From Chara braunii (taxonomy: Eukaryota; Plantae; Charophyceae): a stretch of DNA of 57,204 nucleotides. The notes under the pieces were generated by a model, which was not told the DNA's origin, ran no database searches, and worked only from the letters and a program-made list of their open reading frames with translations. This document shows positions 11,218 through 23,795 of this stretch, piece by piece. The position numbers and the translations under genes were made by a program. The stretch spans positions 6,302,195 through 6,359,398 of the forward strand of contig BFEA01000011.1 of the NCBI GenBank assembly GCA_003427395.1, in the 5' to 3' direction. Position 1 is the first letter of the stretch. Every line of letters begins with the position of its first letter.

Positions 11218-11762
11218 CTTAGTGAGCACTTGAGCGGAGTTGCGTTTGGGTCGTTCACACTGATGATCGTGCTCTCCATCATGCTCGATATCGTCCTTAG
11301 AAGATGATTCGTCCGGTCACACCGCTTTGATTATGCACTTATGCAACGGAGGTTGCGACCATAATTGTCAGAAGCTGCGTCGAACATTGATAACACAAGG
11401 ACGAAGTAAAAAAAATAATGACGAGGACGACGAAGAAGAAGGAAGTTGATGAGAAGGAACCAGAAGAAGAGATGAACGATTGTGAGAAGTGTGGATGTAT
11501 CTCTTCGTGATCTACCGTGCGATTCATTCTGGCATTGTCCATTCGGCGAGTGTTTGGGCATGCACGTTGTTGTTGACCATGAGTGTTGTTGTTACCCCAC
11601 TGATGTTTTTCATAGTAGATTATGATGTTCGACTGCCCGAAGGAATCGTTTTGTTAGTAACCATTGCGGCTCATCAACCTGTTGCTTGCTCATCCCTAAA
11701 GACTCTGTTTTATGCTCTGGCCTGCCTGGTTCGGTTGCGGGAAGGGTCGATCACAATCATGA

Positions 11763-14700
11763 TGTCGCGCGCGGCGGTCCCTCACCCCGCTGGGGAGCGC
11801 TGAACCTCACGGTCATGTCACGCAAGATTTATTCTCGAAGAACAACAAGTCACCACTCCGACCGTGCGCGCCGGCCATATCTCTCATGACGCCCCACGAC
11901 AGGTCGGGGCGTCGCGAGGTACACCTTACCTCTATCCAAGGGGCTGTCCCCACCCTTAGGTAGGCGTATCCCTGCTGAGTTACCGGCCCACATGCGAAGG
12001 CTTTTACATGCCTTTGTAGAGGTAGGTCGCCCGATGGCGTTTTCTCGATCGTCGCAGCAAAGGAATGGGGTACGCGAGGTAAGACTCCTAAGACTGACCG
12101 GTTAGCGAAGTCAGGTTTAGGATGTGATTTCCCTATCCTGGACTTCTTGATGTTCAGGTCGAGCTTTTATAAGACCGTCTATATCTGCTTCTGAATCTAA
12201 AATGTGTTACTCTTCTGCCAAAAAGAGAACAAGGTACCAATCAAATCATCTTACCACCTTGGACATTTTATTCTACTTGACAGATCATGACTTAACTGAA
12301 CATCAGGGATTACAAAAGTTATATAAGACAGATAATGAATATAGAGGTATTACCGCCGAAAACCCTTCCCACTTTCACAAGTGTTGTGTGTCCAAGACTC
12401 TTCACGAAGTCAAGCCCAGTTCAATCCAAAACCACGAACAAAACAGACCTACATAGAATAATGCAAAGACAATCCACATGCGATGCACTAAGGCGTCAAC
12501 CATCAATCCACTCCTCATACATTGTCCCTCACTTCTCAAACCTTGTATGACAGCTCTATCTTTCCTGAGACGTGAGCCCACCCTCTCACATTTCTTCAAA
12601 GGACCCTTGAGAGTGACTAGAATCATTTAGGCAATGACCAAAGGTGGCAGTTTTACTGACCACAGGGTTTGACTTCAGACGTGAGTATCAAGTCAAGGGG
12701 GGGGGGAATTGAATCGACGACGACCGACCTGTTATCGAGAGATAACAGAAAATTGAGTCCTTTATGTAGGACTTCTCCTTCAATTGCAGTAGATCAAAAC
12801 ATTGACTTGCACACACACAGGTCAACAAGGATTCAACACCCCCACTCGATTTCTCACTTATTAATATCTAAGGGTCAAACCCTTAGATCTGGTCTGTGAG
12901 TTTTGGGATCAACATCCCAAAGTCTAACCCCTTAGCTTCTACCTACCCTAAGTCGTCTGTCACTCTTCCTCCTTTTGTTCAAGGAGTCTTTTGTCTATGT
13001 CCTAAGTTGTCTTAGGGAACTCATATTTCCCCTACTCTCAGTCCTTGCATTTTCTCTCCTACGGATAAGCACACCCTTTGGTGGTTACGCGGTAGTCTGG
13101 TTGAGATCAACTCATGTCAGTAACGGTTTTTCCCTTAGGAGTTTATGAATGAACTGAGGCTTCGCGGAGCTTCTTCTTTTCTAATTATTTTTCCCCCCAC
13201 GATATTTGTCATTTATTCAGCTTTTTTTATGACATTTGAAATCACTCTCGCTGGGGCACTCACTTTTTCCTTTCTCTTCTTCTTGTCCTGACATACGCAA
13301 GTAGTGGACTCATTTACACGAGAATTTTCCAGTACTTGATCAATTCCAGACAAAACAGTTAGTCAAAAGAGTAGTCGAGTAGCCCCACGGGGCCACTCTG
13401 CCACCCTTCAAAATTCATGTAGTCCTCATGCAATCAAGCAGTTCAAGCAATCTTGCGCAAGCGACCGGATAACTCACAGGGGAGTATCCCTTTATTAGTT
13501 ACAACAAATAGTTGAGAAGGCCTTGTTGAGGCACTTCCAACACTTGTTCCAACATTCATCAACAATTCAGACCACCTTTTTTTTTATCAAAGATAAGTAC
13601 AGAATTCAAGTTAGCAATAGATGGCCTTCACGGACGTTCCCTATAACTCCTTGATCAGAGTTCAGTCTATCCTTAAGAGCATAATAGGATGGGCCCACGG
13701 GAGCTACCCTACTACTCTCTCAGAGTTAGAGGAGCTAGGATTAAGTTAGTAGACACAGACAAACATCAGGTCCTCTTTTTGCTGGAGTATTAGGCTTGTT
13801 AAGGTAGAGCCAAGCAAGCAATAGGATGGCCCCACGAGAGTCTTCCTATTCCTTCCTTGGGTAATAAATTTATCTTTCGAGTACGTCCCTAGGGCGACCC
13901 ACACTGAAGTTTACCTATTGCACACTCGATGAATAGATAAACCAGGTGTAAGTAGGTTGTCAGAAAAATAATAGTAAGGTGATCTCTTCCCTTTCTCGTG
14001 TTAATAACCATCTCAAGTCCGAGCTTGTAATAGGACGATCCCACGAGAGTTATCCTACTACTACCCGAATGACTGCGAATACCACTCCTTTGATCAAGCG
14101 ATATGACGACCCCACGGGAGTCTTTATTCCTCTTGTCACGTGACTTTTGTTATGCATAGTTTAGTTGGTGGTGCAATTAGTTTATACGGAACTATCTCTT
14201 CACCTTTTTTCTCATACCAAGCAGACCGTTCAGTTGGAGATAAGGTAGTTCCTACGGGAAACTCCCTTTTTCCGATCTTCCAATCGGATGGATCGTCCTA
14301 GATTTAGGAATTCGTGTACTCACTCGGTGAATACTTATTTCCCTTCCAAGCCTAGTCCGATAGGTGATCGGAGAGCCCCACATGAGCCTCCTACTACCTT
14401 TTGCTTTTGTTAATCATCGAAGACATGTACCCCACGGGAAAATCTGATTACCTCCTTGATCTAGCTTATAAGGTAATAAGGAAATTGCACGACAACTTCC
14501 TGTTACCAGTGTTGAAGTCAAACAAACATTTCCTCAAGTCGTTACTTTAATTGGGAGAATCTGCCTGAAAGTATCCGATCACTCACTTTAGTTAGTTCAA
14601 GCAAGCAGTGTGACGACTCCACGAGAGCCTCTATCACACGACTCTGTCTCCCAAACCCAAACAGACTAGTTTCCTTATCGGTTGTCCTAGGTTCCTTTCT

Positions 14701-15166
14701 TACTCCAGGCATAATTCTTATTTCAATCATATAGTTTTTTTCACTTTTTATATGCTTAGTCCTGAAGAAAACACAAACAATAGGTCATACAGTCATACGC
14801 GCAGTCCTGTAAGGGTATATGGGAAAGGAATAGGCACCACGTACCTTATGGTTCCCTACCTCTAGAGTTCCTCCTGAACTCCGGCAGAGCTCCCGGAATC
14901 GCTTTGTTTTATCGGCCATGTCTAGCCATTGTATTTGATTGTCTAGACCCTAAGGTTAGCAAAATAAAGATTATTTGAGTAAAATCAATATCAGCCACAA
15001 TCAAATAAGGAACGGAGGAGGATAGAGGAGGTAGGCATTATCACACAGTGATAATGTCTTACTCTTCTCCAATGCCTCGTATTCTCTTCCTCTTTGACCC
15101 CTGCTTATCTCATGATGTTTCAATAATGAAACAACAACCAATAATAGTAGTAATAATAATAATAAT
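11763..15166 (-). mobile_element. 3' terminal/LTR-like region of the minus-strand Gypsy-family element
   Basis: Collinear reverse-complement homolog of 39971-43821. Both end in ...GGACCGCCGCGCGCGACA (CA terminus) with unrelated flanks, and both start after an (ATT)n tract. Confidence 0.75.
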
Positions 15167-15932
15167 CAGGGTTACCAGCCCGTACGTACGGAGGTCCCCA
15201 GGCAGACCTCCGCACGTACGGGCGTTCGGGGTCCCGTACGGGGTCCGAACCCGACGGCGTTCGGCCCCCGCCAAAAATTATTTCGGGGCCTAAAAATATT
15301 TTTTTTTCTGAAGTTTTTTTTTTTTTGAGTTGTCTATGACGTGAGGTACATGCCTGTAAATTTTAAAGTCATTTGGCTAATCCAAATAAGAATTAAAAAT
15401 CGCCAAAGATGGCGATTTCAAAACGTGCTCGCCCACGTATTTTTTCACTTTTTACTTTTTGTTTTCACTTTAGTTCGGGGTCTAAAAACTTTTATTATTT
15501 TTTGAAACTTTTTTAATGGGTTTGGTATTATGTGAAGTACACATCTGTAAATGTTTAGGGCGTTTAGCTATGCCAAAAAAAAATGAAAAATCGCCAAAGA
15601 TGGTGGTGTCGAAAACATGCCCGTGCACTCACTAAATTTAATTCTCTTTTTATTTTTATTTATTTTTCGTATTAGTATTTGTTTTTCGTATTTTATTTTT
15701 ATTTCAAATTTGGTAATGAATTCGGATGTAATGCTCAGGCAAATCTTGTTTAATGTATTTTTCTCTATAACATATCTTTTTTTTCAGATTGTTTTGATGA
15801 CTTTTTTGTTTTGTTTTGTTTTTGTTTTTTGTCCGCGTTTGGCTCGAACGGCCGAACGCATCCCCAAGAGGTCCCATACGTTCGAGCGTTCGGGTTCGGG
15901 CATTCGGCCCGTCCCGAACGCCGGTTACCTTG
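15167..15932. mobile_element. hAT-like MITE inserted in (AAT)n
   Basis: Imperfect TIRs CAGGGTTACCAG / CAAGGTAACCGG (rc), subterminal ccgaac/gttcgg repeats, AT-rich interior, ataataat on both sides. Confidence 0.7.
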
Positions 15933-16020
<88 letters not shown>

Positions 16021-16045
16021 TAATAATAATAATAATAATAATAAC

Positions 16046-16084
<39 letters not shown>
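15933..16084. repeat. (AAT)n microsatellite
   Basis: Directly visible. Confidence 0.98.
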
Positions 16085-16856
16085 CAGGGTGCGTCCATAC
16101 TGCCAAGATTTTAACCTGGGTCTCCCACATATCCAAAATTTGTAATACTAAAGAAAGATTAATGCATATGACTCAAAGTAGGGATACTGAATCTGTACTA
16201 CAGTTACAGAGGTCACCAAGGAAGATAATGATAGCCTCTCCCACCAACTTTAGACTTTATTTACCAGGATCTCGTTGGGTGTCCGAGGAGTTAGGAATCA
16301 TAACTGAATCCTACTCTTTGGACGCGGGGCTTAACCTAAGTCAGATTTTACCGTCTCACCCGAAGTCTAATGTGAGGCGATCGGCAACCTTGGTCAATGG
16401 TCTCAACCTACCACAGTCGTTTAATCAGACCGGAACTGCGGCCCACCGCGTTGTTATTTTAGCGATGGTTCTCGTATTGGTTACGCAATATCGGGTATAA
16501 ATCCTCCTATCATTCTAGACTCGGCTCTTGATCCCTTCGATATGTACCTGAACCAATACCATCATTAAGGAGACCCTCCCCTCAGGTTTAGTTCCAGGCC
16601 GTAATCGGAAGGTCCGCTGCGTGGTTATCCTCGGTTAGCAGCCCACGTTGGGAGTTACGTCCCAACAATGCCAATTTTCCACCATAGGCTTGGTAATTTT
16701 AAGTCCCTCAGACTGATCTCCTAGATGGATGAACGATGATCATTTTAAATATATACATGAAAAACAATTTGACCAAAATTTTTATCCCCTCGTCAGTTGC
16801 TATGTTTGCGGGTCGATGAATCTCACAAAACGTATATATATATATATATATATATA

Positions 16857-17018
16857 TCGTCACAAACAGAACCGTAGGCAGAGAGAGAGAAGAGGACAAC
16901 AAACGAGGGGGTGTGACAAATTGTTTCGTCGGAGTTTCACCGACTCATCAGGTATATATCGTCAAATAGAACTGCCCGGTAAACCGTAGGCAGAGAGGGA
17001 GAAGAGGACAACAAACGA

Positions 17019-17020
<2 letters not shown>
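16857..17020 (-). mobile_element. Two partial tandem PLE-like terminal fragments in (TA)n; hammerhead core at 16915-16951
   Basis: Reverse complement CCTGATGAGTCGGTGAAACTCCGACGAAACAATTTGTC. The segment is absent from the homologous position of the + strand element (near 32550), so it is a secondary insertion. Confidence 0.75.
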
Positions 17021-17059
<39 letters not shown>

Positions 17060-18004
17060 TTCACCAATAAGAATGATTTATCACGATTGTCATATTTTTA
17101 CTGATCGAGGGACATCCTCAGAGCCATTTAGGGATCGTGTCCTCCAGACATCGATCACAGGCTGGACAGACACACGTCTCGGGCATATTTTTCCAAAAAA
17201 AAAATATATATATATTCATAAAAAAAATATAAAAAATATTTGTTTGACTCCTTGTCTTGTCAGAAGACAGAAAAAATCATTCATAACATACATTTCCCTG
17301 ACTCGGAGTTTTTTTTCAAATGCCTCAAAAAAATTTTAACATTTTCATGTCCCTTTCAAAAATAACCACATAAGCTAAAGCATGGAAAAGACTTACAAAA
17401 AATGCAAAGTTCTTTCAAACTATACATATCAATTTTCACCCTATTTTTCTTGAACTTTTATGCGTTTTTCTAAGCATCCTAGTTCAAAACTTGATAGCAC
17501 AGAATGTACACATATCCAAGATACTCATTTCATCAATTAAAACCAGACACTGGACCAACTCAAATGTGAAAGTGAAAAGTGTTTTTCGTCGGCATACCCC
17601 ATAGATAAAAATCATATATGACTCCGGAGATAACTTAGTCGAATCCACAATGTCGAGCCTAAAATAGTCTTTGAAACTCGAGTCACATGTCTCTCTTATC
17701 CTCTATTGCTAGGGTACACATGTTGAGTAAGAAAAGTATAAAAGAGACAATAAAATTTCATGACACCTCATATATCGGAATACATACTCCATGACACCTC
17801 GTCTATCTTAGTTGTTGAAGTTCATCATTGCATCTAAGAGGGAAGTAAATAACAAATATGTTGCAGATCTTACCTCACCTTCGACTACTAGAGTACAATA
17901 TCTTATCTGAAGAAAGAAAAATGTGAAAGTCCTATTATAAAACTCAAAATAAAGAAATCAAAAGGTCGCCCATCCACCAGTTACGCGCAAATATTTCCTA
18001 ATTC

Positions 18005-19400
18005 CTTCATGTTAAGCCCTAAATACTTAAATAAGTGGAGTCTAAACCTTTGCTTGACCCGCTTATCTATGTTTCCATTCATCTCGATAAGCCTCTTGTT
18101 CCTTATCTGTCTTAGCGAAAACCCTTAATCTCATTTTTTTGTACTGAGGACAATTTTCTCTCAATTGTATCCCCTTCATATAGCGCCAACACAACTTACT
18201 CCCTTCCTCCTTTGTCTCCTTGGTCATGTGAAGATGTCTCTTTCAAACTGTTTACCCTTTCAAACGAATGAGTTGTTGCCTCAGAGTAAGACCTCTTATT
18301 TTTCTACCGTCCATGCAAACTTTGAAGAATTTGTTCAACCACCTTTGAAGTCGGTGGCCCAATGACTTCAGAGACACTACGTGGTAATAGGCTTAGTACT
18401 CTTTTCACTCATTCCTACCTGCTCCTCACCATCCTTTGATATTTTCTTTTTTGAACTCTCACACTTCTCCCGTTCTTACGAGAGGAGTGTTTCAGTAATA
18501 CCCATTATTACAAATTTCTGCTCCCCTTTCCACTTAATTATCTTGACGGATTCCATCATTTCATTCAATAATATTTGAAGACTCTGCTTAAATTATTTCA
18601 TCTCCTTCTCTATTTTATTTCACTCACACTCCCACTTGTCATATATTATTTCTTCTATGGACAAAATTTATGTGCTCTGCTCGCTTACCTTTTCTACATA
18701 CCTTCCTTATTTCATCATCCAACAACCCTCTTAGAGTTACCCCCTTTAAAGAGAAATACTTCTATATTTGGTAATCGTGACTTTTTCACGACGTTACTAT
18801 CCAATGACCTTACAATCCTCTGTCGTTGACACAGGTCGTCGCCGTTATCCACCATTCGCACTCCCGGCGCAAGGCTTCCTATCTCGTCTCTCTAGGTATT
18901 TTTGGGTCAATCGGGTTCCTAAATTTGTAAAAAACACCTTCTTCAATATTGGTGTTTATCAGGCCATTTGCCTCATCAATCTTTCTGACGTTGCAAGACC
19001 TCATTGTATGTCCTTCTTGGGTACAATGCCTGCAGACAACATTTATCAAATCCACTCTTCTTTTTCAAGATTCTTGACCACTTTCCTAACCACCTTTTCC
19101 TTGACCACTGTTTCCTCGACCATCATTTCCTTGACCGCTTCCCCAATCTTGATCTCGTCCACGACCTATGATCATTTGAGCTCGGTTTCTTGCCCTTCAC
19201 TGGGTCTTGGTCAACTTAGGAGGTCTAGGTTCTTCTTCCATGTCAATCACTTTCTCACCTCTTTTCCTTTCTTGGTCGTCACACCGTTTTTTCTCAGCCT
19301 TTACAGATCGGAGAGAGCCTCGATTATCATCATTTGTTTTCTCTCCACTTCCACTGGCTAGCTTTTTTGACGATCCCCCCATGACTTTTCGCTATCAGGG
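18005..19400 (-). pseudogene. Decayed gag zinc-knuckle region fused to the C-terminal half of ORF2
   Basis: VVCRHCTQEGHTMRSCNVRKIDEANGLI...PIDPKIPRETR*EALRRECEW (about 19040-18850) matches the gag near 24230. KLCWRYMKGIQLRENC...FRLHLFKYLGLNM (about 18200-18010) matches the ORF2 C-terminus at 31430-31620. Confidence 0.8.
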
Positions 19401-20615
19401 GTTGCGCATAAGACACATACCCATCCTACCTAGTGATTAAGTCACTTCAGCATATCTCTTTATGAAAACCCTTTGCCATATCATAGATACACATGCAATG
19501 AAATAAGGCTGAGTAATTAGGCAAGGAGATGTCACATACACTTAACACATTCACATAGACATTCCGAATTCATCAAGGAAAAACATAGGTCTTTGACCTT
19601 TCAAACATGTACAAATGAAATGAACAGGAAATGAATAAGGCTTGTTGCCTTAGCAATAATCCTAATATTCCTAACAATCAGGGAAAGGGGCGCAAGGCTG
19701 GTTACTCAGACCAATCGCGCACTGATGGAACATCTGGATCAAGACCCGAGATAACATAAGTTTCTCAATAGGTTGTCGTAAATAGCATGTGGCTGGTCGT
19801 TTTACTGACTTGCAAACAAATCCAAATGCTATACACAATTCTAACATAGTCAACCATTTATTCACTTTCACCCACATTACACTTACACTTCCAACCTTTC
19901 AGTAAGACATCCCATTTTTGACTTAGTCATTCATCCAAATTTAACTTTAGTCATTTCAAGGGCCTCTTTTGACCAAACACGGACCCTTTAGACAATAACC
20001 CAAAAAAACAAAAATGCCTTTTAGTGCAAAGGTCGATGCAAAGTGTGGGTGTTGAGGGTGAGTGAGGGTTGAGTCGGCTAATCAACCTGTTACCATAAGG
20101 CAACAACATGTAGTCTTGTCTAGGCTCATAATCAGTCTTCTTGATCGAGATAACCTGCAATCACACACAGGTCAACACGGTCTCAACACCTCTTTGCCAT
20201 CGACATAACCCTATCTAAAGTTCAATATAATGAACTTCTTTCTAGTCCGGAATAATACTACATCGATGTACTCCCTCTAGGCATTCCCTCTAACTTCTCA
20301 TCAGACCATAAGCTAATATCGCTAATACTTTTTGTCTCATCATATGATCCCCACTTAAAACATGCATAGGCAAAATATCATCAAACTCATTCGGAATAGA
20401 ATCATAAGATTGTCATCAATCAAGAGGTTAAGGTAGCAGGACGGGTCACACGGGGCCACATTCCTTCTATTTCCACCTCGACAGAATCAGGAAGCGGTCT
20501 GTCAGTAATGGATCGATTTCTTTTCAGGGCTTTCATTGTTTCCTGTCTATCCAAAAAATTAGTAACAATATGGTAGACCACTCGGGATCTACTCATCTTC
20601 ACTGGGCGTCTGCTT

Positions 20616-21556
20616 GTGATAGGGCGGACCTCAAGGGCCTTGCTTCGCCTATTTACTGTCTTGCATTAGATCAAGGTCGGATGGTAATAAGGCGGGCTTG
20701 CTCCTCTTACTACCACTTCCTTCATCCATGCGGTTGGGCAATAGGGCAGGCATCTCGGTGCCTTGCTCCTCCTACTGCTGTTTCGTATTGAAGCACCGCT
20801 GGCGGGTAATAAGGCAGGCTTATCAGAGCCTTGCTACTCTTATCACATCGTGTTATTAGTGTGATAAGGCATGCTTCTCGGAGCCTTGCTACTCTTATCA
20901 TGTCGTGTTACTAGTGTGATAAGGTAGGCTTCTCGGAGTCTTGCTACTCTTATCATATCGTGTAATTAATGTGATAAGGCAGGTTTCTCGGAGCCTCGAT
21001 CCTCTTATCACATTATTCTCGTCGTTATAGTGATAAGGCAGGCTTCTCGGAGCCTCGCTACTCTTATCACATTGTTCTTGTCATTATAGTGATAAGGCAG
21101 GCTTCTCGGAGCCTCGCTACGCTTATCACATTATTCTTGTCATTATAGTGATAAGGCAGGCTTCTCGAAGTCTCGCTACTCTTATCACATTGTTCTTGTC
21201 ATTATTGTGATAAGTCAGGCTTTCTCGGAGCCTCGCTACTTTTCTCACATTGTTCTTTGTTATTATTGTGATAAGGCAGGTTTCGCGGAGCCTCGCTACT
21301 CTTATCACATAGTTAGTGATATCATTATGATAAGGCAGGTTACTCGGAGCCTTGCTACTCTTATCATATCTTGTTAGTGACAACCTCGTGATAAGGCAGG
21401 CTACTCGGAGCCTTGCTACACTTATCACACCGTTCGTGCCTTTATTTGCGATAAGGCAGGCTTCTCGGAGCCTCGCTTCTCTTATCGCTCACTTTTCTCA
21501 CTTAAGCGGGCTTAGGCGATAAGGCAGGTCTCTCGGGACCTTGCTCCTCTTATCAT
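20616..21556 (-). repeat. Array of about 40-bp hairpin repeats with variable linkers (13 clear units plus about 3 degenerate)
   Basis: Core gtgataaggcaggcttctcggagcct(c/t)gctactcttatca starts at 20806, 20861, 20916, 20971, 21030, 21089, 21148, 21207, 21268, 21327, 21388, 21448 and 21516. Confidence 0.95.
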
Positions 21557-21587
21557 CCTCGCTGGTTTACTCCCTCAAAAGAACCCC

Positions 21588-22520
21588 TGTGTCTGAGTGT
21601 CACTGTGTGACTGTGCGTCATTGTGTGATTGTGTGTCACTGTGTGACCGTGCGTCACTGTGTGACTGTGTGTCATTGTATTTGTGTATGTATCACAATGT
21701 CTGTACGTGTGTCACAATGTGTGACACTGTGCCTATCACAGTGTCCGTGTCACTTGCGTATGTGTCACCGCGTGACCGTGTGTGTGTTTCACTATGAATG
21801 CGTGTTGGACATAGTGTGACTGTGTGTCACTGTATGACTGTGCGTCACGGTGTGACTATGTATCTGAGTCACTTTCTGTGTGACACTGTGTCTGTGTCAT
21901 GCGACACTGTGTACGTGTGTGACTGTATATTTGTGTTACAATGTATGTGACCCTGTGTATGTGTCACAGTGTCTGTGTCATCGTGACTGTGCGTGTGTCA
22001 CAGTGTTTTCACTGTGTATGTGTCTCACTTGTATATGCATCACTTTATATGTCACAGTATGTGTCGCTGTATTTTTGTGTTTGCGTGACTGTCACAGTAT
22101 TTGTTTGTCACAGTATTTATCTATGCATGTCACTGTATCTGTCTGTGTCACGGCATCCAGCCGTGTGTGTCACATCATCTGTCTGTGTCACAACATTTAT
22201 TTGTGTGTCACTGTGCATGCGTTGTCTATCACAGCGTGTATGCGTGTCTGTCACAGTGTGACAATGTGTTTTCACTGCGTATGTGTCACAGTGCATCTGT
22301 GTGACACGGTGTGTCTGAGTGTCACTTTGCACTGTTGTCCGCGTATCTGTGTGTCACCGTCACGGTGCACTGTGTCATTGTGTGTGTTTTCACTGTGTGT
22401 GTATCTGTCGCAGCATGACTGTGTGTGTGACTATACCTGCGTTACTGTGTATGTGTGCCGGTGTGACTGTGTGTGTGCGTTGTGTCTCACGGTGTATCTG
22501 TGTCATGGTGTACGTGACAT
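21588..22520. repeat. Degenerate (TGTGTCAC/TGTGAC) satellite-like tract
   Basis: Directly visible. An inverted counterpart lies at about 23620-23705. Confidence 0.85.
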
Positions 22521-22858
22521 ACCTGGTGCTTGAGGTGATCGACATTGGTCGAGATCTGCTCGTACTTCGGAAGAGCTGTTGTCGTCATCATTCGGCGTTG
22601 TAGTAGTAGGCTAGATAGGATCTGCCATCTATAGTATGGCGCCGAACGCCAGGTAGGATATTGACATTGGTTCTGTGTTGATGATGATGGGACTATGCCA
22701 GCATTGTCAATTATGAGTTTTTGCTGTGCTGTCATTTGGTGGGACACATCATGCAATTCTGCTTTTGGTTCGAGGTCACGACTATCTAGTGATATGTGTA
22801 TGATGCTGTTTGATTTCTGAAGTTCGATATCGCTCAATTTGCTTGCTTTTTTTTTTTA

Positions 22859-22900
<42 letters not shown>

Positions 22901-23460
22901 TTATTATTGCTATTTCTGCGATCAGACTTGCTTTCTTCCTTACTTCACATGCATGCAGACCGGCGACACGCCAAACTGGTGACAAGAGCTCAAACTCAAA
23001 GCTCAGAGATACGACAGATAAGAACACAGGTCAATTACAAGTTCACTGCAGACGAATATGGCGCCACAGCGCCCCAACAACTCTCTGTTCACACACACGG
23101 GATCACCCTAGATACCCCACACGCAACACTCTGCTTACAAATACACACACACGTTGTACCTCACACTGCACTACACCTACAGCTATGGCTAAGCTCTCCT
23201 TCAACCGCTGCACTCTCCGGGCATCTGCAGACCCCATTGCACAAACCGATGTAGCAGCGCTTCCGCATGGCTTACGCAGGAGTGAATGAATGGCTTGGCA
23301 CTGCATCTTGATTTATGCTTTTGTTTGGTACTGGCCTGCCCTTTCCTTTGGACCTGAGTGTCCACAGTCCCATACGGTACTTGCTTGACTGGACCTGGAC
23401 TGACTAGGATGTACCGCTGACTCAATGCAGTCACACTGCTAACCTACCAGGGAGAGCCTA
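22518..23460 (-). other. Repeated degenerate exon-like segments, second copy at about 37045-37350 and 38455-38640
   Basis: acatacctggtgc...atctgctcgtacttc... and gcagcgcttccgca... occur at both loci. On the minus strand both copies end in a CAG|GTATGT donor. Product not recognised. Confidence 0.45.
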
Positions 23461-23795
23461 TGCCCCTGCCATTCGAGTGCGGACAGACAGACAAACAGAC
23501 AGACAGGGTAATTGGCAGTGGGAATGTGTGTGTGCGTGCTTGCAATCGCATGTGTTTTGTCGTGTTCGCTATACAAAATTCCACAAACAAAGCTTGACTG
23601 TGCCAGACTGTTTTCATCAGACTGTGTGTGAGAGAGAGACACACACAGACACAGACACGAAGAGACACGCACAGACACTGTGACATACACAGTGTCACAC
23701 ACGCAGACTTCGGACCTTGGTCGGTGGTAGCTCCTATGGGGGCATGACCTGGATACTATCCCGGGAATCAGTGGCCGGGTTTCGGTCAAATTGGG

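Larger units (their letters stand above)
16085..21587 (-). mobile_element. Internal region of a non-autonomous (pol-less) Gypsy-family element
   Basis: 16085-17900 is the reverse-complement homolog of about 31860-33308. 18005-19400 encodes decayed gag/ORF2 homology. No RT or integrase. Confidence 0.8.

Noticed and set aside
20806-21556. True CRISPR array
   Set aside because: Eukaryotic retroelement context, no cas genes, and neighbouring linkers are short and related to each other, which points to tandem amplification rather than spacer acquisition.
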